A DNA stretch of 63,641 bases, counting the filler, from Basidiobolus ranarum (lineage: Eukaryota): the NCBI GenBank assembly GCA_040143965.1. It is 15 parts of 15 records of this genome, joined end to end, with 100 filler letters (N's around TTAATTAATTAA, not from the genome) between each part and the next. Parts side by side here need not be neighbours in the genome. Positions count along the whole stretch, not along the records: positions 1 to 4,163 come from JASJQH010008964.1; positions 4,264 to 8,425 come from JASJQH010008965.1; positions 8,526 to 12,683 come from JASJQH010008966.1; 12 more parts are not named here. One strand, 5' to 3'. The notes beneath the pieces were generated by a model. It was not told where the DNA came from. It saw nothing but the letters and a program-made list of their open reading frames with translations, and ran no database searches. Position numbers and translations under genes: made by a program. Each line of letters begins with the position of its first letter. Position 1 is the first letter of the stretch. This document shows positions 1 through 12,783 of this stretch, piece after piece.

Positions 1-8
1 CGAAAACA

Positions 9-2326
9 TTAATTGGCTGGATTGTCAGAGTTGAAGCGAAGATCCCATCCTATTTGTGGTCCAAATTTAGGTAAAGTCTCGGCGACAGTATGGACATCCT
101 TGTCACCACGACCACTAACACATATAAGAATATCACTCTCTTTTGGCATGCTGGAAGCTATTTCAAGGGCAGCATAAATTGCATGGGACGATTCTAAAGC
201 AGGAATGATACCCTCCAATTGAGTGATTTTGCGGAATCCAATCAATGCTTCTTTGTCGTTCACAGCGATGTAGTTTGCTCTTTTACTGTCTTTCAACCAG
301 GCATGCTCAGGACCGACAGCTGGATAATCTAACCCTGCGCTAATACTATGTGTTTCCTTAATTTGTCCTTTTTTATCTTGCAATAGATAGGTACGAGCAC
401 CATGGAATACTCCGGGTGTTCCAGCTGCTAGTGTGGCCGAATGAAACTCAGTGTCTATGCCTGCACCTCCGGCTTCAACACCAACAATCTTTACATTCTC
501 ATCTCCTAGGAAAGGATGAAAAAGTCCGATTGCATTGCTACCACCACCAACACAGGCGACAATGGTATCTGGAAGTTTTCCGGCAAGCTTCAACATTTGC
601 TCGCGGGCCTCTCTGCCGATCACAGACTGGAACTCACGAACGATTGTAGGGAATGGATGAGGACCGATTGGGGAGCCGACCAGGTAATGAGTGGTTGAGA
701 CGTTAGTAACCCAATCACGCATAGCCTCATTCACCGCATCTTTAAGCGTTTTACTACCTGACTCTACAGAATGAACGGTCGCCCCCAACATTTTCATTCG
801 GAAAACGTTTAGTGCCTGCCTTCTAATATCTTCAGAACCCATGTAAACAATACACTCGAGACCGAATTTAGCGCATGCTGTTGCTGTAGCAACACCATGC
901 TGACCCGCCCCAGTTTCAGCAATGATACGTTTCTTACCCAAGCGCTTAGCTACTAAAATCTGACCGATCGCGTTATTGATTTTATGCGAACCAGTGTGAT
1001 TTAGATCCTCTCTTTTGAGCCAGATGCGTGCACCACCAGCGTATTCAGTAAGCCTGTCGGCAAATTGTAGCTGCGATGGACGACCAATGTAAGGATAAAG
1101 AGAGCGGAATTCCTTCCAGAATTCTGGATCTGCTTTCGCTTGAATGAATGCACCTTCAAGCTCGGCTAAACAATCTACTAATGCTTCAGGTACATACTGT
1201 CCACCAAATTCTCCAAAACGATGATGAGCACTAGGATTTTCGGTCTCCACACCAAGCTCATTTTCACTGGTAGCCTTTGAAGCGCGAACGGCCGGTACCT
1301 CATCCGGAGAGTCTCTTTCATCGACGAGGACACGACCCGAAATCTCTAAACCAAATCTCTGCACCGCGTCTAAACGAGTTTCAGGAGTGGCGATTTTTAA
1401 TATGTCAATAATTTTACTTCCTATAACTACACCGTCTGCGTGTTCACCTACAGTCTTAAAATGATCACGATTGGAAACACCGAAACCAACGGCAAGAGGT
1501 AAATCGGTATGTTGACGAATACGTTCGATCAGTTGAGGTAGATCAGTGTTAATTTCGGTGATTTGGCCGGTAACCCCCATTCTACTAACAACATAAATAA
1601 AGCTGTCGGCAACTTGTACCAAACGATGCATTCTAGAATCAGACGTGCTAGGGGCGATTAAAGGAATATAACTCAGATTGCTATTCGTGCAGATTCTTCT
1701 GAACTCATGTGCTTCTTCTGGCGGCAAATCAACCAAAATGAACCCATTGACACCAATGTTGGCGCATTCGTCAATGATTCTCTGCTCTCCATAACTTAGA
1801 ATGGGGTTATAATAGCCCATAAAGATTACTGGTGCCTTAAGACCATGTTCTCTAGCTTCTTTAACATATTGAAGGCATTTCTCAATATCAACTCCATTTC
1901 TTAGAGCAATCTAAATATGGAGAAAGCGACTAACTACTTGTTCTCAATAAGACGATGAATCAAAAACTAAATACCAACCTGGTTGGCTTCTTGAATAGTA
2001 GGACCATCGGCCAAAGGGTCAGTAAAAGGAACACCTAAGAAAAAAAGATCTGAGGAAGTGCATTTCGATACGGGAAACAATCAATCATTTTCTACCTAGT
2101 TCAATGATATCAGCACCTCCTTTCTCCAATGAGAGAAGGACCTGAGGTGTTTCTATTGCATCCGGGAAACCAGCAGTTATAAATGCAACGAAAGCGGGAC
2201 GACCTAGAATTAGGGGAGAGCAGAAGCGTACTTATTAGTTATGTATGGCAGCAGTAGGCACAACAATTGGCGACTAATACCCTCTTTATGACAATTTTCA
2301 AAAACTTGCTTGATGGCGGTAGTCAT
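9..2326 (-). CDS. TRP5: Fused tryptophan synthase alpha/beta (fungal TRP5 type), 4 exons, about 703 aa
   Basis: Exons 2326-2281, 2203-2096, 2034-1979 and 1910-9 join in frame through GT-AG introns (2112 nt). Alpha motifs [17 protein letters not shown] and MGYYNP; beta motifs [37 protein letters not shown]. Confidence 0.97.
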
Positions 2327-2718
2327 ATTCGGTGGTTGTTTGTATATGGCTTAATACTAACTGTTAGTGACGCTACTTATATATTTTTCAAAACTCTCAG
2401 AGCTCACATATTCGTGCAAGTGGCAATGAGAAAGTATGAAATGAATTCTGGCCATGTAATCGCATGCAATCAGTTATCATCAGGTATAATAAGCATGCAG
2501 GCTATTCAGTTCAAGTCATCTCATCAGGACTGTTCCTTAAAATAGTAAAATTGCAATTGTGAGTGTCAAAATTTCCATAAGCTTATTGACATTCATGACT
2601 ACGGTGATTGGTAGATGCACAATGGTCTTTTGTCTTATTACCACAACTTCATAAGGGCCATGTGGAGTAACGATTTGCATGATAGAGACTGGTCAGATAG
2701 AATGTGAAACGGGTTAGA

Positions 2719-2765
2719 TATTCGTGAAACTAGGTTAGCTATTCGTGAAACTAGGTTAGCTATTC
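2719..2765. repeat. Short tandem duplication, 21-bp unit x2
   Basis: TATTCGTGAAACTAGGTTAGC repeated directly. Confidence 0.85.
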
Positions 2766-4163
2766 TGTATCGATGATGAATCATAATGACCCCGTTCGTA
2801 AGTTACTCAAGATTTCATCAGAAAAAAATCGCTCTAATATTGAGAAAATGTTGGTCACATCAACATATAGCGATGTTATGTGGGATCAGCATGTGAGATT
2901 AGCATGTGAGGAACAGGTATGATTGTTGTTCAATACCGATGGTACCTGTGATAAGCGATAGTTACTCCAGAAATTGTCAGTTAATCTGAAAGTAAGAAAC
3001 TATGACATCAATATTCTAGGTTAGTAACTGATAAGATGTTAGTACTATGGGTGATGTATAATACCGAGGAGTACTGCATTGATAGCCATTTGAAGAATCT
3101 AGTTGACAGTTCTAGCACTGACTACGGTGGCGAAAATACCACATTAACCCTAAGCGTTAAAAATTGCTGCTCAGGTTGTGATGATAGTGACAATGGTGAT
3201 AATGGTGGATGTGGTTACGTAAGAAACAGAAATTGATTCAATTCAGCATCGGTGCTTGTAGGTGCCAAGTTAAAGCTTCCAATACAACTGTTAGCGTCCG
3301 GTTGGTCTGGGTTGCGGTGTTGGTTAAGATGCCAGAAATACTTACACATATTTGGATGAGCAGCTTTGTGAGTTGATTATGTGTTGTTATTTATATACGT
3401 TATACATGCAGAAACCTATCATGATACTCTTTTTCTGAAATGGTACAGAAGTAACAAATCAATGAAAACTTATGAATGCAAAAACTTTGTTTTTTCTCAA
3501 CAGCTTCGATATGTTTTGGTATTATTTCCGGTCATATGACTCACATATGCTAAAAATATGATTCAGTTGACTCTGTAAATAACACTTTAGTATGGCTTCA
3601 ATTCTTTTTTGAGAATTATAGTGTTCAAGTGTGCGCTAATATGTTAATTTTGCTATTCCTACTCTGCTTTTACAATTATTTAGTTGTTTATCCTTGGATT
3701 TTGATATTTCTGGTAACTGCTTATGTAAACTTCCATCTTTGCTAGAATACTCAGACCAACCAAGTCATTTATTATGTATTAAATATAGTATATGTGCTGA
3801 CCATTAATGTACTGGTCTATTTCTGCTACCAGGAACTTTGGAATTAGTTTTTTTTGATAGATTAGTATATCCTGTTAGCAAGCTTCAAGCTTCTTTTATG
3901 GTCACAAATATATTCAATCACCCCTTAGGCATATCTCAAAAGCATCAAGTTTGCTAGGCTTATTGAACTTTGGCTGCTGACAAGTCAGAATACTGTTTTC
4001 TTGATACTCGCTGAGTATAAGCATCTCATTTAAGTAAATCTGTAATCAAACTGTATTTCCGATCATTACATATATGGTATCAATATACCCAGATATCTAA
4101 CTCTAGTTAAGATTACATCTTATGTGATTAATATTATTCAGTCAAGTATTAGCTAGTTGTGCA

Positions 4164-4263
4164 NNNNNNNNNNNNNNNNNNNNNNNNNNNNNNNNNNNNN
4201 NNNNNNNTTAATTAATTAANNNNNNNNNNNNNNNNNNNNNNNNNNNNNNNNNNNNNNNNNNNN
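4164..4263. other. Artificial contig linker N44-TTAATTAATTAA-N44 (first of 14)
   Basis: Identical 100-nt linkers with stops in all six frames start at 4164, 8426, 12684, 16942, 21196, 25448, 29697, 33945, 38193, 42440, 46686, 50929, 55171 and 59407. Intervening contig lengths never increase. Confidence 0.99.
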
Positions 4264-5295
4264 ATCATATTGGATACAGTATTCTAAAATTTATGCGGCA
4301 CAATTTGGCACTATCCAGCACCCTCTGGCATGATCAATTTCTATCACATTTACTCTAATATATTGATCCAAGGTCCGATAAATCCTGGCCCAATGGAACA
4401 AGTCCAATATCTTATAGGCAACTATTTTTAAAAGGTACCATGTTGAATCCTGACACATTGATCATTGAAACATTAGTGGAAATCCATATTTAATCATATA
4501 GTAATTTCAAGTACATAATATGTTTATGACACTTATTGATGATTTATCTCCACTGCCCGCAATCTTAGATTCAACAACATGGCACAATAATCGGAGCGGT
4601 TTGCACACCACAATAGCAATACTTGGTATTTGTAGAAATGAGGATATATTTGTATCAAGCATCATGTGTCTACCTACTACATTCTTAGACTTCTCCCTTA
4701 TGATTTTCCCCGCCAACCCCCTCGTGAGCACCCTAACGAGGCTAAATTAGATCGAAAGTTCCCTTCAAAGTTCCTATTCTTGAGTTGAAACCAGGATTCT
4801 GAGCACATTTCAATTTTACTCAGTTGAAACACGCTATATGAGCCGGTGATATAATCTTCTAAAGGGCTATAGTTGTCTCATTTATTGCTTAGTCGCAAGC
4901 AATCTGCACTTCAACTTGTATACCCTCATCCAAATCAATGAAACATATTCGAGTCCTTGTGGTTATAGTGACTTGTGCTTGTGCATTAATAAGTTACATA
5001 TCTCAATCACTGGAGTATTTCATTTCAAAAACCTCAAAGATATGGTCACTACCATTGACTTGGGGGAATGTAATTAATAAATGAAATATTATTCCATCCT
5101 GACAAGATGTTCGACATGAAGTTACACAGACCACGTGTAGCTCCATTAAGTTTATCAAGAACCGAGCTGAGAAACTTGGTTTAAGCCAGCTTGGAGTTAC
5201 TTCAAGTCATTTCTCGCATCTATATCATACACTACTTGGCACGTATTTCTCGTCGACCTTCTATCTACTTTGTTATCACATTCGTATTTCCCAAG

Positions 5296-5702
5296 ATGTT
5301 GGTTGTCAATTCATAACTATTGCAGGCGTTATATTTTAATTTAGCTAATGAATGGTTGCTCCTATAGGACGCCCACAGCCACTCTTCAGCCACCATCAAA
5401 AGCGCAGACTGAGGTACAAGAAACGCTAGTCACTGTTAATCTAAACTTGGAGGAAATACAAAAATCTGAAGGTCCTAGTAAGCGTCGTAAGTAATATTAA
5501 CCGAGGCAGCGATTGAGTTCAGTCTACTGACCAGTTGCCCATAAATATAGGCTCTTTAGCACTGGAATACTTTGAGACTGAACTAAATAAGCGTAAGAAG
5601 CAGACTCAATGGTGGCGGCGTCACCGTGTCAAGCTCTTTATTCTCGGCGTGCTTATATTATTGACGGCCATAATACTAGGTTTTGTGTTCTTTGCTTTGT
5701 AA
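5296..5702 (+). CDS. Small tail-anchored synaptobrevin/VAMP-like protein, 90 aa, 3 exons (not in the ORF track)
   Basis: Exons 5296-5297 (AT), 5368-5486 and 5551-5702; introns GTTGGT..TAG and GTAAGT..TAG. Product MTPTATLQPPSKAQTEVQETLVTVNLNLEEIQKSEGPSKRRSLALEYFETELNKRKKQTQWWRRHRVKLFILGVLILLTAIILGFVFFAL, with FET, a basic WW juxtamembrane segment and a C-terminal TM helix. Confidence 0.72.
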
Positions 5703-6993
5703 GAAATGAGCAATAACCGTATGATTGCTTGTACTAAACTTTAATCTCTTAGTTTCTATATATACTAGTTTTTAATATTGACGATGCAAAATCCATTCTC
5801 CCTCCATCGCTGCCCCAACACTATCATATGTATGTGTTCTACAATGCCATGGGCATCAGATAATGTTTGACGTGATTTCGTATATCCAAGCTTTTGTTGT
5901 ATCTTCTTCGATGTTCTCTATTCCACATTATTTCACTCTCGTCTTACTCACCACTCGTAAATTTTTTATGAGTTTCTAATTTAGATGTGGCTAAACTCGC
6001 TGCTCTTTTTTACCCTCAGCCACGATTCCTGCATAGCTTTAATTGATACTCTGGATAAAGTACATGATATTTTCTTTAGTTTGGTTTTTCATCTGTCAAC
6101 TCTTTAGATCTTGGTCAAAGGGTAGTTTCGTACTCTAGCAGTTAGAAATCATTGAGAGCTTGAAACAGTAACATATGGAATCTCAGGTAGTCATATGATA
6201 GAGGGAGAGGCTGGGATTCATCACACCCGCTAATGATTTCCACAACCTACGCCGAAGATACATTAATGATGATGACGGTGTTGTACTTCTACATTGATGG
6301 TCCTTCACCAGGTGAAAATCTCCACTGGTATCCAGTGAATGATCATAGGACACAACCTGTGTAATAATGAGCAAGAAAATCGTAAACTGATATAGGCATT
6401 CCACCTAAGCTGGAATTGAGATATATTTAACCCAAATACTCTTGATACCTGTACTAGGTAGACAACTTTGGTACTGAATGTGTTATAGGGCAGGAACTGG
6501 CTTATAGTATCACCTGCAACATTTACTATATATAGATATTGGACGATAAGCATTGAATATCAATTTGCATATTTACCTATGCATCCACCTTACATGTACG
6601 ATCATCAACAGAGAACATACTTTATGCTGCTTGACAACAGATGTGCACATCAAAATTGCTTTTGTTTACTTCACAGGCATTGGATACTATTGATATATTT
6701 ATATAGTATAATACCAAGGCATGAAAGCTAGAGATCCTGTCTACTTGGACCATACATTTCCACTAATTTGAAATGCTCCATCTTCAACAAAGTATCCTAG
6801 TACTGGTCAAGATCTTAAACAGAGCACTGGAGATCAAACGATTTTGTGAACATATCAAATAGTTTTTCTTAGCCTGAATTCCGGGTTAGCTATACTGAAT
6901 AAATAGAGTCATTATACTCAACAAAATGAGACAATCATCCCCTCTCTCAAACCTGTATTAGATTACCGGTTCTGTTCCATCCAAACTACAACC

Positions 6994-7605
6994 ATGAGAT
7001 TTACTACCACCGCAACTCTTGTCTGGGCCGCTACCACTATCATCAGTGCGGCCGTTGCTAATCCCACGTACGCTGTCAACTCTAAAAAGAACGACTCTCA
7101 AGGAGGATATAATGATATCAGTTACTCTGATAATGGCCCCGATTATAAAAATAGACACGGAGGTTACGATGAGGGCAGACATCATAGAGGTTACGACGAA
7201 GATCAAGGAAGATACTCCAATCAGTATGGGCATAGGAAGCACAAAGTTAGTGAAGAAAACGGTCACAAACACGACCAACGGACATCTCCTAAGAAAGGAC
7301 ATGCTGAAGATGATGATGCTCTTTCTCAACCACAAGCAGATGAGCCTGAAATCTCTGTCCCCCCACCAGCATCCTCCGATCAACCTGAAGCATTAGCAAA
7401 TTTGGAAACCCAAGAAATCTCCCCAGCGGATCAGATTCAAGAAAACTCTACTGTAGATATTATTCAGAAACAACAGTTTCAAAATACCGGTAACTCGCCC
7501 ATCCAATCTGTGGCTAATTCAGGAACTCCATGCACAGGCTTAGTCGGAGTTGACAGCAACACTGGTGATATGCCAGCCACCCTCTGTGTTGGCTTGGGTC
7601 TCTAA
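6994..7605 (+). CDS. Secreted low-complexity protein, 203 aa
   Basis: Signal-peptide-like N terminus MRFTTTATLVWAATTIISAAVA; His/Gly/Tyr/Asp-rich middle; two-Cys C-terminal tail; AATAAA downstream near 7713. Confidence 0.8.
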   Translation: MRFTTTATLVWAATTIISAAVANPTYAVNSKKNDSQGGYNDISYSDNGPDYKNRHGGYDEGRHHRGYDEDQGRYSNQYGHRKHKVSEENGHKHDQRTSPKKGHAEDDDALSQPQADEPEISVPPPASSDQPEALANLETQEISPADQIQENSTVDIIQKQQFQNTGNSPIQSVANSGTPCTGLVGVDSNTGDMPATLCVGLGL

Positions 7606-7936
7606 CCAGTTGGATCAATGGTATATGTCATAAATCCGGCTTAGAATTTCTCTACCGATATACCATTAAATGATTGTTACCATAGATCCGGATGACATGA
7701 CAAAGTTGAATCAATAAACTCTTCAGCTGAAATCAATCAAAAGTTACCTTCTTTGTTCACATCTTAACTTCGAAAGGCTGGCAGGTTTCGCTAATCGTGA
7801 TGCGTCAATCTTGCTATTTCAATATAGGAACAGTAACCCTGTCTATCATATGAAAGGTTCAAATTCAATTTATTGCCAACATTCATTTGTAGTTTCGTTC
7901 AACTTATATAGAAACTGCAGAAAATGAAGCGGGTGT

Positions 7937-8302
7937 TCATTTATTGTTATTGCCTTTGGCAGACCATCCAGAAAATGGTTCGAATCTGCTTGCAAATGAA
8001 ATTCTCTGCGAAGACATAGAGGAATTTCTAGACCTACCATCGACAAGTACTGGCGATGTGGATCTATCCACTAAATTGTTGCTTGTCACTTTTTTTATAG
8101 AAGGAAATTCCGTACCACTGGCTACTTCTAAAATTCCTGAAGGGAGTTGGGGTCTTGAATTTGGAGTTTCATTACTATTTGAAGAACGTCCAAAAAAGTT
8201 CAGTTCTCTACCTCTAAAAATTCTTCCATTAGTGATACTCGAAGGTGGCGTGATTGTTCTGACCGGTGATGGACTACGTACAGTTGGAAACATAGCAGTC
8301 AC
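7937..8302 (-). CDS. Ser/Pro-rich C-terminal fragment of an unknown protein
   Basis: Open frame with SP-rich disordered composition ending in a stop; no clear upstream exon on this contig. Confidence 0.45.
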   Translation of the reverse strand: MTAMFPTVRSPSPVRTITPPSSITNGRIFRGRELNFFGRSSNSNETPNSRPQLPSGILEVASGTEFPSIKKVTSNNLVDRSTSPVLVDGRSRNSSMSSQRISFASRFEPFSGWSAKGNNNK

Positions 8303-8525
8303 ACTTGTCGCAAGCTATCACAGTTACCAAACCCACTGTTACTTTATATCCAACCGTGAGAACTGTTATCAAGACTGACACTGCTGGTCATGTTCATACC
8401 GAATATCACTCTTCTACTGTTACCANNNNNNNNNNNNNNNNNNNNNNNNNNNNNNNNNNNNNNNNNNNNTTAATTAATTAANNNNNNNNNNNNNNNNNNN
8501 NNNNNNNNNNNNNNNNNNNNNNNNN

Positions 8526-11500
8526 TATACTAGTTAGACCAAGGCTACATTTTTACCTACATCATTGAACGCATATAACTGTGGTTGCTCCACAGTATCT
8601 TGACTTTTGGCAGAGTTACCAAAACTTTGAGGCAAAGCACAGCCAAGGGACTCAGTGGGCAAAACTAAAGTTGATTTTTTGCACTCAAAACTGTTGATAG
8701 TCACCTGGCTTTGTGCAACTGTTGGATTTGTACGATGACAAAACTTAATTTACTAGATGTGTTCCTTTCTAATCATGGTGCAAACGTCACGGTGTCAATC
8801 TAGCAGAGCAGAATATGTGTTAAACCATTAAGCCTACACAACAAACTGAAATTTCTTGGACACATGAAAGTAGATATCTCATAGGAAAACCAGCAAACCA
8901 AAAGACTCTGAATGTTGGAGCTGCCATCACTTGCTCTGATGGTGAGTGATTTAGCATTTTGGAAACTGTGTGGAATCTTGCCTGAAATCATCTTGATGTG
9001 AGCTAATTGTGGCAAAACCAAAAACCAGATGCTACTTTTAAGGTTCTTGACCTATTTCATATTGCTTCTCCTGGGTTTTTGCAAGCAAATGGCAATTGGG
9101 CTAGTATAGGCTTATTCCTGAAACATCTCAATAATGTACACAATTATCAACTTGGATAAGAAAGAAAAGCAGCTAAAGAAGTACTCAAGGAGCAGGAAGT
9201 TGGCAAACCCAAAGAAAAAACATACCCCAACAGAGATCTGAGTATTGTTATTCCAGGAAAACTGCTTAATTTCATCATGGAACCAGGTACACCAGTTGTA
9301 AGGGTGCTAAATTTGGAAGCTTATCCAACACCTGGCATTTCTCAACAAGCCAAAACACCAGTTAATTAAACTCACAGCTTTCTAACCTCAACTGGAACTT
9401 TTCAAAGTGTTGAAATTAGCCCTAAAGTTAAAGGCAAGCAAAAAGCCACACAAACACCACAAAGCACCCTCAGTAGTGTCACACTACAAGGATGTATGAA
9501 AGTAGTAAAAGTGCTTGAGGATAATTTTCAAAAGTATGAAGAGAACAATGGACTGCATTTGTGCAGAAAGTGGCTGCAGATGAAGAACATTCAACTTGAC
9601 ATTCAGTCTGGTGTTGACCATGCAGATATCTGAGAAGAACTTCATAGAGAATGGCACAATATTGCAGGGTATCCACCAGATAGCTGGAAAAATGTTGATT
9701 CAGCAACATTAATACAATGGTGAGCTCTGATGGAGATATTATTACAGACTTGTGTTGAACATAAGCAAAACCTTGGGTATAAAGAACGCTATAAAAATAT
9801 TCAGGAGAATAGATCAAATAAACTAGGAATTTCAAACATGACAAATTAGCATTCTAGTGGTAAATGTGTGAAATTTGAGTTAAGTTTTTTGCACAAGTGT
9901 TGATCTATAGTTCTCTGTGATTTTAGCCAATCAAGTGCAACTATTTTGCAAGATCTTAAATTTTACTCCTGAAGCTGAAAAAATTGATTAAAATCATATT
10001 GAACTTGAAATTTTGATGACTGTGAGTAAACAGTCAAACCAAAATGGATTAAAATTGTGATGATTTTCCAACAATAATAATCCTCTAATCTCTGTTAGGG
10101 AGAAAAATGGCCATTTCCTATATAAGGGTGGTATTTTAGGTATAGCCCATTGATATCATCAGCTGATTCTGAGATGGTTTCATGGATGAGTCATCAGGTT
10201 CTCTACAAGATATTTCTGGTAATGAATGGCAATTTTGATTTATTCTAAGCTGTTTCTAAGCAATATTACTACACTAAGTTTACCAACTGAAAATTTCAAT
10301 ACCATTCAAAAAGAATTCAAAATTGAAATCAAAATTGGCTACCAAGCAAACCCTGCTGGCAAAAAAGTAAAAAACCATCAAGAACCAAGGACTTCATTGA
10401 TGAGCAGTCAAGCAATACACTATCCAGTTTGAAAGGCATTAACCTGCCAGAAACTAACTCAACTAATGATGAAGCATTGATCAATTTACCAGATGTGTGC
10501 CTTTCTAGCTATAGTGCAAGTGGAGAGATTGTAATCCCCATATTACATGGTAAGTCAATAGTAGAGCAGAGTTCAACATAAACACCATCAAGGCTATCAA
10601 CTTCTGAAATGGCTACTGTGCCAACTACTGAATTACCTTCCGTAGTAAATTTGGATAGAATATAACAACAAACAAATTGCAGGCAGAACATTATAATGAT
10701 TTGTGTGCAATCATAAGTAAAAACTACAAAGTTGTTATAAAGGCCACAACAAGCAATAACCCGGCAATATTGCTATTAATGCAGTGTTTGGAAGCTACCA
10801 GTGAATAGTTAGAGAGCCACTCAACAGTGATACAAAATCTTCAGAATGCAGTACTTGAGCTACAGCAACATGATGCACCTTTTGTCCATTCTCATGTGGG
10901 ATTTCAATTGATCCCACACCATACACATGAACATTGCTATGACAATTGAGCAGAGCAGAATATGTGTTGGACCAAAAATAAATCTAACTTGATAATTTCA
11001 GGATGGTAAGTAAATGGTCAATCCAAAATGGATTAAAATTGTGATAGCTTTCCTACAATAACAATACTCAGATATCAGTAAGTGCTCAAGGGTGTCTGGA
11101 CCTACTGGTTTGACCCAAGTTACATTTCTACATACATAAATCCAATTATATAATTGTGGTAACTCCACAGTATCTTGACTTTTGGCAGTGTTACCAAACT
11201 TTAAGGTAAAGCATAGCTAGTGGACTTAGTAGGCAAAACTAAAGTTAATTTTTTGCTCTATTACTGTTGTTATTCACCAGGCTTTGTGCAGCTTGTGGCT
11301 TTGAACAGTGACCATGCTTGTGCTGATTTTTCCTAAGCAGACTGTGTCTTTCAAGGCACAAGAGTTTGTGAAAGTAAAAGCAGGGCCTCTTTAAACATTT
11401 GTGCATGCTATCAGAAGAATATTCTATAAAAAAACACCTTCCATGTAAGGGTTGTATTTCAGGTATAGTCCATCAATATCATCAGCTGATTGTGAAATGG

Positions 11501-11738
11501 TGTTACAAATGAGTCATCAGGTCATTTACAAGATATTTCTGGCAATAGATGGCAATTTTGGTTTATTATAAGATGTGTCCAAGCAATTTTATTACATCAG
11601 GCTTACTATCTGAAAATTTCATTGCCATTCAAAAAGCATTCAAAATCTAAATCAAAATGGCTTCCAAGCCAAAGCCTGCTGGCACAAGAGGAGAAAAACC
11701 AGCCATAACAGAGGACTTAATTGGTGGGCAGTCTAGCA
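8526..11738 (+). mobile_element. Degenerate unclassified repeat family F with internal duplicated modules
   Basis: 9030-10100 matches 46786-47919. Internal repeats 8540-8750 ~ 11113-11320, 10120-10415 ~ 11443-11738 and 10010-10080 ~ 10995-11070. Strongly CpG-depleted. Confidence 0.7.
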
Positions 11739-12683
11739 TATTGAAATTAGCTAAATAGCAACTGATTATTTGGTAGTTAGTTTATTTGCATTCTGATTAT
11801 TTAGCACTCAATTCTGTCATTCAAAAATGTGTGTTTATTGCTCTTATGGATAGAAATATCAATTAGATCACTTTTGCCACTTTTCACTATTTTCTCAAAA
11901 CTTCTCCAAATCATATCAAATTTTCACCCATGCTTAACAGGCATCTTTGTAATTATCTCAGTATCTCCAATAGTCTTATTTCATAGTAAACTATAAATAG
12001 GACATATTCAGTTCAATAAAACTAAAGTATCTAATTCACAAATCTAAATCTTGTCCAAACACTTCCAAATCCCTTAAACACTTTTATCAGGGTATGAGCC
12101 CCAAGCTAGCTGTTAAAGGAATGTTTCCTAGTACTATTACCAACATATTTGCATCCTCAGAGAAGTCTGATGGTGAAGACTTTCATACTTGGAAGTTCAA
12201 GATGCAAATAGTACTAGAAGACAAGGACCTTTGGTGATTTGTTACAGGAGAATAAATAGAGCCAAAGGGACCACCAGAAGCTATCCTTGCCTTTCACAAG
12301 AAGCAGTGGAAAGCACTCTCTACACTTTGTCTACATCTTGGAGATTCTCAATTGAAGCTCATACAATCAGCCAAAAACATCCAAAATGCTTGGGAAATGC
12401 TTGAGGGACTATATGAGAGTAAAAGTCAGGCAAACAGGCTATACCTTAGGCAAAAATCATTCTCAATTCTGATGAATCTGGATGATTCTATGCTCAATCA
12501 TATAAATCAGATAAAAACTATGGCAGATCAGCTCTCATCCATTGGAGCACCTCTAAATGAAGATGACTTAGTCATGACACTACTTGGGAGCCTGCCAGAC
12601 AATTTTGGGAACCTCATAATTACCCTAAAATCAAGATCAGAGCCATTAACCATGGAATATGTTGGTGCTAGGCTTTTGAATGA
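11739..12683 (+). mobile_element. Ty1/copia 5' end: 5' LTR (about 11739-12089), PBS (12090-12101), disrupted gag
   Basis: LTR ends in CA and is followed by GGGTATGAGCCC. gag from 12121 reads EKSDGEDFHTWKFKMQIVLEDKDLW* and later WEMLEGLYESKSQANRLYLRQK...LLGSLPDNF (UBN2-type gag). Confidence 0.85.
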
Positions 12684-12783
12684 NNNNNNNNNNNNNNNNN
12701 NNNNNNNNNNNNNNNNNNNNNNNNNNNTTAATTAATTAANNNNNNNNNNNNNNNNNNNNNNNNNNNNNNNNNNNNNNNNNNNN

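Noticed and set aside
416-698. Short antisense or alternative-frame ORFs over real genes (also 6958-7383, 13418-13792, 28205-28439, 29805-30179)
   Set aside because: Shadow ORFs of the genuine CDS with no independent motifs.
8300-8425. Plus-strand Thr-rich frame (AITVTKPTVTLYPTVRT...) directly abutting a minus-strand ORF
   Set aside because: Short and at a contig end; probably a chimeric join or unresolvable fragment.
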